From assembly GCF_009914755.1 (NCBI RefSeq), contig NC_060925.1: a DNA stretch of 64,000 nucleotides. One strand, written 5' to 3'. The notes beneath the pieces are model-generated. The model saw nothing but the letters and a program-made list of their open reading frames with translations. It searched no databases and was not told where the DNA came from. Origin of the DNA: the human T2T-CHM13v2.0 reference genome, Homo sapiens. Positions 52,854 to 64,000 of the stretch are shown here, in pieces. The position numbers were made by a program, and so were the translations under genes. Every line of letters starts with the position of its first letter. Position 1 is the stretch's first letter.

Positions 52854-55699
52854 TAGTCTCAGTCTTCTATCTGCAAAATGGGAATAACAATCAAAATAGT
52901 GACAAAATTCTGAATCTAGTGCCTGGCATATGGTCAACAGTTAACAATTATCTACTAATACTGTTATCATGATTATTATTTCCATTTTTTTAAATTGGGC
53001 TAGTTCTATATTTCATGGAACTGTCCACTGGCTTTAAAACCATGTGGTCTATTGTATAGACCACTAAGAAAGAAAAATGCTATCAGTTATAACCCCATCA
53101 ATAGTAAGATGTTGCCATTTCTTAGAGTACATCATATAATTAATGAAATACAGAAAGGGTGTCTGCTTCACAAAGCTGTTGTTAAAGGATTGAGAGGGAT
53201 GATACCAAGGCATTCAATAAATGTTTGTTGAATGAATGGAGGTTGGATTCCTGCCCAGGACCCAAGACTAATCCAGTGCTCTTCCCTCTCTGCACTCTCC
53301 CCACCCTTGCCCACTCCGTAGCGCCCACAAGAGTGCAGAACTGATCTGCAGGGAGGCAGCTCCCATGAGCTCCATGAGCCCCCCTTGCTGCACAGTCTCT
53401 CAGTTCCAGGACCCCCAACCCTACAGAGCTGTCCTTCTTGCAGCCAAGGGAGACCCCACTCTGACCACCTGGAGGTGCCTCCTCTCCTTGAGGCTATAGC
53501 AGGCAGGAGCATAAAGCCTGGCCCAGCAGCCCCCAAGGCCAATCCACAGCCCAATGAGGCAGCACTCAGACTCCTTGTCTGAAGAGCAGTATTCCCGTCC
53601 CAGCTTGCCCCTTCTGCTACTGCCGTCTCTGTGCCTCAGTGTCCTTCTCTGTAGAATGTAGATGATGATTCCTTCTTCTCAGGATGGCTGTGAGAAGCCC
53701 ATAAGACAATGTCTGTGAAACTCTTCCTTGCTTGGATATGAGAAATTTGCCCCACCAGAATGAAGTCCCCTAGACCCCTCTGCTGCCCACTGGACTTCCG
53801 TCCAATAATGAGAAAGTTCAGCAACTTCTCCCTACTGTTCAGGCTCGGTCAACTTCCCAAGGCCAAGGCTCGGGGCAGGAAAGGGGGCATTGGGCAGAGG
53901 CCTCTCCCTAAAAGCCTCCTGAAGCCAGGACTGCACAGACCCCTGTGGATACTCCTTCAGAAGGTTCTGCCCCAGCTCTTCTGTGTCTTTCCAGCAGTCA
54001 GAGCCCAGGCCTCCAGCTGAGCAAGCCCCAGTGATTAAAGGCATTTGAGCTGGAGGCAGTGGGGAGAGGAGAAAAAGAAATGACGGTCCCCAGCTTCCAG
54101 TGTACAGCTGTGCCTCCCTTGGGCAGGGATAGGCATTCACAGAGCTCAATGGCTAATTCAATTTTCTGAAATACAAGTTTAGTCTTCTTTATGTCCATGT
54201 GTCTCTCCCAAGCCCCTCTGCCTGGGAGGGTCTGTTCCTCCCTGCCACCTCCTGCCATGGTGAGGTATTCAGGGCCACCAAGGCAGGTTGAGCTCAGCTC
54301 CCCACCCCCAGCCAGAGATTCTGGCTCACCTAGGACTAGTGCAGCAGCTGCTCGGGAACAGCAGTCCCTCCCTCTCTCAGTTATGATGAGCTCCTTATCT
54401 CTCTGTGCAAATCAGGAGCACTTCATGGTAATCCAGCCCAGCTCCAGCCTCAGCAGACTCTCCAAAATAAAAGAGCTGGATCAGAGTCATCGAACATTTC
54501 AGTTCCCCTTATGCTGCCCCCGCCAGCAGCCAGGACTGCGAGGAGCAGGTGATGCTGCGTGTCCTCCCACTTCCCTGGGCCTCCTCCCCAGCCTGAGCCC
54601 CTCCTCCCCAGTCTCTAGGTGCCCAAGAGCCCACGGCCAGCTTCCCCTCATGTCCTAAGAGAGTCAGGCCCTGAGCAGAGTCCGTGCCCTACAGAGGAAC
54701 CAATCATAACAATACCCATCCTTCAGAGAGACTCAGAACCAGCCAAGCACTAAGCCAGGCGCTCGCTAGGCCAGGAGCTTGGCATGAGTGACCTCATTTA
54801 AGCTCACGATGGGAAGGAGCTTTAGTCCCATTTTTCAGATGAAGGGCAGAGAGGTACACCTAGTGCTGGTAAGTGGTGGGAGTAAACAGCAACACCCCCA
54901 CCACCTAAACCACTCTGCTCCTGGGCACCCTTGCTGCCCCCACCTCCCCCACACAGGCACCCACCCCTGGGAAAAGACCGACAGTTATGTTAATGCAGCC
55001 GTACACATGCACTCCCTGAGTATACCCACGCACAGCCTCCTGTGCTCAGGACTCAAAGCGAGAATGTTTCCTCAAATGGACCCAAAAGGAATGTGAGATT
55101 CAGGTTGCAAACTCTAGGCCTAGGCTGTAAAGTGGAAAATCAATTTGTAATGGAGGAAGCCACGCTGTCCCAGAGGTACCTGGGAGAGCCCAGCAAGCCA
55201 GCAAGGCACAGACAGCAGCCCCCTCAGAGGAGCGATGCTAGCTGCTTAGGAAGCGGGACCTGTGCAGCCCTGCATTGTCTCCAGATTGCTGTTACCAACA
55301 GGTTCCCACTTCCGCTTCCCGCCAGCAGCTCCTGTGCAGATGCTGAATTCCAAATGCAGAGAAAAATAAATATTTTAAGGCTCTGTGGCCTGAGTCACCA
55401 GAGTTTGGTGGCAGCTAATGCTCTGCAGCTGGCCCTGCCCACGGGCCTACTTAGCATGCAATTAAGATGCAAAATAACATCCCTCAAAAGCTCCCCTCCA
55501 GGCTTCTTTGCTTCTCCCTTCAAGGCTCTGGTGGATTAAGAAGATTCTGGAACAGTGGGGAGGCACTTCTCCCACTACCTTTATTGGCCAGAGTGCCAGG
55601 CTGGGTTTATGGGCTTGGCTTAGAGCCAAGCCTAGGGTTGAGACTCTAGTCCTCGGCTGCCCCCTCCTCCTGCCTCCCTGCAAGCCACCCCAGCATGGC

Positions 55700-56435
55700 A
55701 CGCAGGAGCCTGGAAAAGCAAATCAGATAGTGTCGCCACTTATGACTCTTCAGTGATGCCTCATTGGCTTTAGTTTATAATTCAAACCACTGGCAGTGAC
55801 CTCTAAGCTGACCACCCAACAGCTCCCCCTGAATCTCTGGCCTCATCTTATTCCACTCTCCCTCACCAGCCACGTGGGCCTTCTTTCGATGCCCCAGGAA
55901 GCCAAGCTTTTTCCTGCTTCAGACCCTTTGCACTTGCTGTTTCCCTTTCTCCTGGTCTGTCCATGGCTGGCTCCTATTCAACCTTGAATATCGCCTCTTC
56001 AAAGATGACTCTCTGGATCACCTCACTTAATGGGAAGTACTCACTACGTGCCAGGCACTGCACAGGTACTTTATAAAAGCTGGGGAGTGAGAAAATGGAG
56101 GCACAGAGCTGGTAACTTGCCCAGGGCCACACAGCCAGAGTTCAGGTTTGAACACAGGTATTCTGGCTTCAGAGTTCAGGTCCTTAACCACTGTACTATG
56201 CTGCCTGGAGCAACACCCTGTCCCCATCTTCCTCCCTGGCTTCTTCCCTTCTACCTCTATTTGTTTTTTTTTTTGTCTGCCCCTCCCCACTGCCCCTTAA
56301 TGACACCATTAGTCCATGAGGACAGGAGCTTTGTCTGTCTTCCTCTCTCCTGCTTCCCCAGCAGCTATAGCAGCGCCATGCAAGCAAGGGTACCCAACAT
56401 GTGTGTATTGACTGAGTGACTGAATGCATGAATGA
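55700..56435 (+). mobile_element. L2 fragment interrupted by an antisense MIR (~56030-56200)
   Basis: CCTGCTTCAGACCCTTTGCACTTGCTGTTTCC..., CCATGAGGACAGGAGCTTTGTCTG, TGAATGCATGAATGAA. Confidence 0.7.
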
Positions 56436-56599
56436 AGTGCTGTAATCTGCTCCACCTCCTCCTGCTCCTTCTCTGTAGGACGCACTGCATGGCATATAGG
56501 TTTTTGGGGAACAGTTCTTCAAGGCCTGGGTACTGAAGTGACTCCTTGTCAAGACAGGACAGCATTTGTATCAGGCTTCCCAATTTAAACCTCCTCCTA

Positions 56600-56915
56600 A
56601 GGCTGGGCACTGTGGCTCATGCCTGTAATCCCAGCACTTTGGGAGGCCGAGGCAGGTGGATTGCCTGAGCTCAGGAGTTCGAGACGAGCATGGGCAACAT
56701 GGAGAAACCCTGTCTCTATTAAAAAAAAATACAAAAAAGAAAAAAAAATTAGCCGGGTGTGGTGGTGTGTGCCTGTGGTCCCAGCTACTCAGGAGGCTGA
56801 GGTGGGAGGATCATTTGAGCTTGGGAGGCGGAGGTTGCAGTGAGCCAAGATCACACCACTGCACTCCAACCTGGGTGACAGACTGAGATCCCATCTCAAA
56901 AATAAATTTTAAAAA
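56600..56915 (+). mobile_element. Alu (AluJ-like)
   Basis: Full dimer with GGGAGGATCATTTGAGC and an A-rich tail. Confidence 0.94.
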
Positions 56916-57170
56916 AAAACTTCTCCTGCTACAGCTGGTTCTAGAAGGGCAAGGGAGACAAAGAGGCAATGAATTTGTCTGTAGTTCTTGAACTGCAGTG
57001 GGCTGTAGGGGGACAGGCAGGACAAAAATGCAGAAGGAGTATTGAGCCAGCTAAGAGAATACGCCCATGGGCCAGCCAGCAAGGAAACTGCAGGACCTCT
57101 AAGTCTGCACATGGTCAGGGGGAAAAAAGGAAGGACTCCTCTTACGGAGCACAAATTGCATCCTTTAGGA

Positions 57171-57698
57171 AAGAAGTCATTATACGAAAAAGATACTTGC
57201 ACACCGGAGTTTGGTGGCAGCTAATAATGCATGTTTATAGCAGCACAATTCCCAATTGCTAAAACGTGGAACCAGCCCAAATGCCCATCAATCTAGTGGA
57301 TAAAGAAACTGTGGTTTATATATACTATGGAATACTACCCAGCCATAAAAACGAATTAATTAATGGCATTCGCAGCAACCTGGATGGGATTGGAGACTAT
57401 TATTCTAAGTGAAGTAACTCAGGAATGGAAAACCAAACATCCTATGTTCTCAGCCATAAGTGGGAGCTAAGCTATGAGGATGCAAAGGCATAAGAATGAC
57501 TCAATGGACTTTGGGGACTCAAGGGGAAAGGGTGGGAAGGCGGGTGAGGGATAAAAGACTACAAATTGAGTTCAGGGTATACTGCTTGGGCGATGAGCGC
57601 ACCAAAATCTCACAAATCACCACTAAGGAACTTACTCATGTCACCAAATACTTCACCTGTTCCCTAAAAACCTATGGAAACAAAAAAACTTAAAAAAT
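57171..57698 (+). mobile_element. 5'-truncated L1PB1-like 3' end
   Basis: GGGAGCTAAGCTATGAGGATGCAAAGGCATAAGAATGA...CACCAAAATCTCACAAATCACCACTAA. Perfect 18-bp TSD AAATTGCATCCTTTAGGA (57153-57170 / 57699-57716). Confidence 0.93.
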
Positions 57699-57784
57699 AA
57701 ATTGCATCCTTTAGGATTGTTGTGTCACAGAATTGTCACTTATTAAGACTGTTATAAGATAGGAACTAGTGAGGGTAAAGTGCC

Positions 57785-58292
<508 letters not shown>

Positions 58293-58997
58293 TGAATGCA
58301 CAAATGAGACATTCCCAGACCCACTGCAGGAACAGTTGCTGTCAGCCAGGAGGAGAGCAAATCCAGAGACCCTGACCTTTGCAATCCCTGAAGGCTCCCG
58401 GGAGATGGAGCTCAGTTTCATGAAGGAAGAAGGATTTGAGTGCTAGGAATTGTATAGTAAAGGAGCCTCACCCTAAAGAGAGTGACATTCCTGTCATGAA
58501 AGGCGATGAAGCCAAGACTCACCGCATTTGTGAGGAGATGGCAGCGAGGATGCTGAACCTGTGAAGGGGGTGCCTGGAGGGACGAGTCTTGCAACTCAGT
58601 GTGGTGCACCTGCCAGCAGCATCCATCACCTAGGAGCTTGTTGGAAACAAGGAGCCTCAGCCCCCAGCCCTAAAAATCAGAATACACATTTTAACAAGAT
58701 CCTTAGGTGAGAAGCCCTGGGCTAGAGGCTGGGGGTGGAGTAAAACCCTGTCAAAAGGGAAGTGATGCAGTCACCTGTTTGGAGGGCACCAGCTGAGCAC
58801 CTACCTGTTGTCAGGCCCCAGAACCCCCTTTGGAGGAATTTCCACTCTGTTAGGGGCAGCAGACTCCTAAATAGGCAAGCAGCATAGAAGGAAGCTCCGA
58901 GTGCCAATAGGAGGCAGTGCAACGTGGGGTGGTCAGTTCTGGGGGAGAGTGAGACAGGAGAACCACCAGAAAGAGCTCTAAAATAAGGCCCAGAGCT

Positions 58998-59297
<300 letters not shown>

Positions 59298-59387
59298 TAA
59301 GGCCCAGAGTTGTTCAAGGTATACAGCAAGGACAAAACACAAGCACAAAGCCCCAGGTGCCTGGCTTCCAGCTCGCCTGGTTGTGCT

Positions 59388-59406
59388 GTGTGTGTGTGTG
59401 TGTGTG
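59388..59406 (+). repeat. (TG)n microsatellite
   Basis: Direct TG run. Confidence 0.88.
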
Positions 59407-61229
59407 CACGCACACCTGGGTGTGGTTGTCTACATCTATGATTTGTGACATCATTGGTCATGCTCATGGTCATGTGTGAGCTGTGTAAATGTGTGAGGTA
59501 TGTGTGTGTTTGTGGGATGCATCCACGTGGGAGCATGGGTGGCTGTGGGAATGTTTCCGCAGGCAAGGCTGCAGCTGCTGTGGCCAGCCTCCCCACCGTG
59601 CACAGCCCTTGACCATCAGCAAATGGGACCTTGTGCTTTGCAGTTCCCCCAGGCCCAGCCTCACTTGCCTTCGATGACTGACCCTGGAAAAGAAGGGTCC
59701 TCTGGGCCTGTCAGGTGTCCTTGGGTTGACCCAGGGCAACTGGAGCCTTATTCCTGACTGACTTTTCTGCCCATGTGGCCTCAGGCAGTTCACAAAACAC
59801 CTCTGTTCCCTGCCCCCCATTCCCAAGTGAAAGTGAGCAGGAGATGGGACAAGGGCAGGAGCCACAGTGGTTTTCCCCTCCACCCAGACCTATCCACTGC
59901 AGCCCCTCTGTGAGCGAGGGCTCTCTAGCAACACTGACCAGCCTCCAGGCCACACTGCTGGTGCAGGACAGCCCCTCTCCTTCTGCCTCTTTGTCCTCTA
60001 GCTCATGGTCCTGACCTAGCCTAGTCCCCATGTGCCTGGCCTTTGGCTGAATTTATCCTAAATACCTCTCCCCCACCCACCCCCTACCAGCCATCCAGGC
60101 TTGGCAGTGGAACAAGTGTGCCCCGTGCCTTCTGGGTGAGCTTGGCCCTGGGCTGGGGATTCCAATCAGTCTGTAGCCAAGGGAGGTGGGCTAGGAGGCA
60201 AGGGGACAGCCAATCTTTCTGTGCCCAGAACATGGACTCTGGATCACAGAAAGTCCACTCTACTTCTTACCTAAGGCAAGTCACCCCACTCCCCAGGTGT
60301 CAGTTTATTCATTGATAATATGGATATGTGGCACCAACTTCCAGACATGCTGTGGGGTCAGATGAGATCATAAGAACAGTAACATGCCATGGACACTATG
60401 TGGGTCAGCAGGGTCTTCTCTGATGCCAGCAGGGTAGAGGATGAGCGTGAGGTCAGGGTGGCTTGGGAGAGGAAGTGACAGGACTGCTCGTGGGTGAGAT
60501 AGCCCTGGAAATGCCCGGTGCTGCTAGGGAGCTGGCCCTCATGGGACCACCAAGGCTCCAAATGGGAGCTGAGCAGGAGTCGAGAGACGGGTGCCATGGG
60601 TCTGGGACCCCAGAACCTCAGCTTCCCTGGGGTATCAGGGGTCTCCAAGGAGACACAGGGCAGAAGCTTCTCCCCAGCCAGCTGCTTTGGTAGAGTGTGG
60701 GGGCGGCTGCTGGTGATAAGGGCAAGAAGTGGGAGGGACATATTCAGGGGCCTGAATCTAAACACCTCTAACAGTGGAGGCCCTACCGCCCTGCCCTTCC
60801 AAGTGGCAGATGGTCCCAGGTGACAGCCCACAGGCCGGAGCAGCCAGACCACAGAAATGTCGCTCAGATCTCAGAGCTGGTGGCCAGCAGGGTCTGCTTC
60901 CTAAGGGCCTCCCAGAGGACCGAGGGTAAGGATAGGACTGGGCAGCCTCAACAGCTCAGAAGCTGGCACCTTCAGCCCCCTCAGTGGGAGCAGGGAGCTC
61001 AGGGAGTCAGCTCAGGGGTTCACAAGCTGCGTGACGTCCTCTGAGCTGCACTGGCCTCTTCTGGAGGATGGGATCCTAACCCGCCTTCTAGCGTTGCAGG
61101 GAGGATGAAATGGCATGATGAACAGCAAGTACTTTGCAAAGTCCCCAGTGCTAGGTGCATGGTAAAGCCCTGGAGATGCTCAGCATCCTCAGCAGTCCCT
61201 TGGTTCTTCTTTCCCAGCACACAAACAGC

Positions 61230-61410
61230 CCAGATTCAGAAGCCAGTTCTCCTACTGCTTAGCTGGGTGCCTAGGGCAAGTTACTTTTCATCTGTAAAAT
61301 GGGGAGAATAAGGGCTCCCTTATGGGGCTGTTGTGAGGATTAAATTTGTTAATAAATGTCGAGTGCTTAATCAGAGCCTGGCACTAAATAAGAGCTCAAT
61401 CAACAAGAGT
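61230..61410 (+). mobile_element. MIR
   Basis: GGGCAAGTTACTTTTCATCTGTAAAATGGGG..GTTGTGAGGATTAAAT..GCCTGGCACTAAATAAGAGCTCAAT. Confidence 0.85.
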
Positions 61411-62369
61411 AAGAGCACTACCGCTGGTATTGTCATTCCCATCACACACCTCCTCCCCCACCACCTGCACACAAGAGCAAGTCCCATCCCCAGGCTTCGC
61501 ATTCAACCCCTGCTTCCTCTGGCTGTTGCTCTCTATAAGCCCAACCTCCCAAGCCACCTGAGGACAAGACCACGGCTCCTTTCTCGAGTCTCTCCCTAGA
61601 CCCCTTGCCCACTCTCAGCATCCAGATGCCTGATCTACCTGGAGTCGGTGGTGGTGGCAGAAGAGCTCGGGGAGAGATGGACTCTGGGGCCTGATGGGCT
61701 GGTCCTGGCCCCCCACAGATGGGCCAGGGCATGCAGCGTGAACACAGGTGGGATACACTTAAGTGCACACACATGGACCACACCACAGGCAGCCCTTCCA
61801 GCTCCCAGGCTCAGGCCACCATGTTCTTAGAACGCTGAGGGGGACAAAGCAAAAGCCCCTCCCTCCTCAGCAGCCACCTACCTCCTCTGCAAGTGGAGCT
61901 GCTGCTGCTCAACAATGTATTGTTGCCACCTAGAGTCCTCCCCTGGCATCTCTAGGCCCTGCTGGCTGCCCAGCTCCAGCCCCCCGCCCCCACCACTAGC
62001 TCCCACAGTTGGGGTGAGATAGGGGGAGGGGGCTAGGAGTAAGGGGAGAGACAGGGCAGGAGAGGAGGTCCACACTGGGCACTGCTGGGCAGGAGCAGGA
62101 GAGCCAGGTTCCAGCCCAGGCTGGGTATTAGCTCTTTACATTGCCTCAGGCAAGCCTCTACCCTCCTTGGCCTCAGTTTCCCCATCTGTAAAAGGACAAA
62201 CATTCACACATAGGTCTGTGGTCTACAGACACACACAGACACTTCCCTGGCTAAAGGTCTCTAGGGCAGGAGCTCATGGGGAGTGGGACAGTCTTCTGAT
62301 GAGAAGATGGCACCCCAGGCTAGGCCCTAGTGGAAACTACCGCTAATCCCGCCTCCCTGGCCATAGCTG

Positions 62370-62530
62370 AGAAGCTGGAGCTGCCCCGGGTTCGAATCCC
62401 AGATCCACCACTTTCTCGCTGTGGAACTTTGAGCCAGGTGTTCAATCTTTCTTCCTCCATGCAATGGATACAGACAACACTCGGCACAGTCCCCAGGCCA
62501 CAGTGAGTCCCCAGCAAATGCCAACTGTGA
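62370..62530 (+). mobile_element. MIR with an intact Pol III B-box
   Basis: CTGGAGCTGCCCCGGGTTCGAATCCCAGATCCACCACTT..GCTGTG. Confidence 0.7.
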
Positions 62531-63162
62531 CCAGCTACTATTGCCTGCCCAAGAAGGCTGGAAACGGTTTCATTTGGGAGAAAATAATCCACAGGTGCTT
62601 CTCCTGTGTTTCATTTTACCTGAATGGAATCTGCCAAAAGCTGAGTGAGGGGACTCCTATTTCGCTAAATTAGAAGAATTTGGGTCACATGGTAGAAACC
62701 CTGGCAACCAGCTCCGAAAGGGCCGGAGGGTGGGGCGGAAGCTGCCACATCCCTCCCACCTCCACCATGAGGTCTCCTAGACAACAGGAGGTGAGGACAC
62801 TCCCAGGCCGCCTTCCTCTCCCAGAAGCCAGCCTGCCACCTCCCCTGCCACCACCAAGGAAGGAAGGGGCACCCGCTGGATGGGGACTTTACTCTGCTAC
62901 CCCCCACATTTAGCCTGTGTGGCTCACAAAGCCCCTCTACCACTCAAAGCGAGGCCAATAGGGGCTCTCCCCACCATGGATACCGGGCCTTACAGGGCTG
63001 CAGCTGCACTGCAGCCCCTTGGTCCCCACCACCACCCTCCAGGATCTGCCATGGGCTCCCTGATTGCTAATTTAGACTTTCCTGCCATCCCACGCAGGGG
63101 AATCAGGGGAAATCAAATTACCGAGTTATTCACTCTTTTTGTACAGCTGATGGGCTGATTAG

Positions 63163-63172
63163 CTGTCAATCA
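63163..63172 (-). promoter_or_regulatory. PBX-MEIS/PREP decamer TGATTGACAG in a repeat-free TAAT-rich island
   Basis: CTGTCAATCA on the + strand is an exact decamer. Motif match only. Confidence 0.4.
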
Positions 63173-64000
63173 GGGTCTACATTAACATCTGACACTGTGT
63201 GCATAACAATTACCAGTCACATTAAGGAAACCTTTCCCTTTCTCTCTAAAGGGAGGGGTGGGGAAGAGACAGGAGAGAGGAGGAGGCGGGAGGCACTGAA
63301 GGGAGAAGGAGGAAATTCAATCAGCATAATTAGCTCAATCAGAGGAGAACATCACTTCACCAGCTGAGCAGAGCTACTGCCACTGCCAAAGACCCCCGGC
63401 TGACCAGCTGCTCTGGAGCCTCTGCCCACTCTGCCCTCCAGCAAAGTGCCCATCCTCTCCCTGCAGCCACAGCCCTAGCCAAGGCAAGCTGCCCTTCCAG
63501 TCAGTCAACCACTTGGGCCCACCTTTAGACCTCCCTTGCTCCAATCAGGTGGGCCCATTTCTGCCTGCTTCACTGGGATTGGCTCTGACTGAAGAGGAGG
63601 GATATAAGACTCCAAGGGTCGAGGCAGAGTTGGGAGTTGGGGGTGAGATGGAATAGAAGGGGTTGAAGACTATTGGAGTCTAAGTTTATTATTATTTTGT
63701 GAAAGGGACTCCCTTATACTGAGTCAGGCTCTGACATTTTGTGGATCATCCTGCTGTTTTTCCTGCTCCTTCCTTATGGCCTGGCATCCTCCATCCCTCA
63801 GCACCCCTTCTGAATTGTTTGACCTTCTCTGGGCTGACCTGCATGCATCTTCACTTGACTCTCCCAAGATAGATTTTCAAGCCCATTTCCCATCCTACCC
63901 TCCACCTCTGAACACTCTCCAGTTTGTCACTGCCCTGAAGGCTAATAAGTACTCCCTGTATGTTGTAACCACCAGGGTGGAGGATGAGCCTGGGATCAGA

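Noticed and set aside
62370-62410. tRNA gene suggested by GGTTCGAATCC
   Set aside because: No cloverleaf or acceptor stem. The context matches the tRNA-derived head of a MIR.

Overview
Hominoid (human or great-ape) non-coding genomic DNA, judged from AluY, L1PA2/3 and HERV-H LTR7 content. I can support no intact protein-coding gene or exon. The long ORFs in the track are L1 ORF2 remnants, Alu read-throughs, low-complexity sequence or chance ORFs. Positions 1 to ~21 kb are an AT-rich stack of nested retroelements. It starts with a young L1PA 3' end that carries a solo LTR7 and a probable 3' transduction polyadenylated inside a second LTR7C. It also holds old L1MA/MB/MC-MD copies with readable target-site duplications (TSDs), and a hAT-Charlie transposase fossil split by a 6.7 kb L1. 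Positions ~21-64 kb are GC-richer, MIR/L2/MaLR-rich and L1-poor. They contain repeat-free islands rich in TAAT, octamer, Sox-Oct and PBX-MEIS motifs and a 20/21 REST/NRSF RE1 site, which suggests an intron or gene desert of a neural or developmental locus. Smaller oddities are a tailless 5S rRNA retropseudogene and two apparent templated-insertion repair scars. Repeat subfamily names are recalled from consensus sequences, not from a database search. Boundaries of old elements are approximate.
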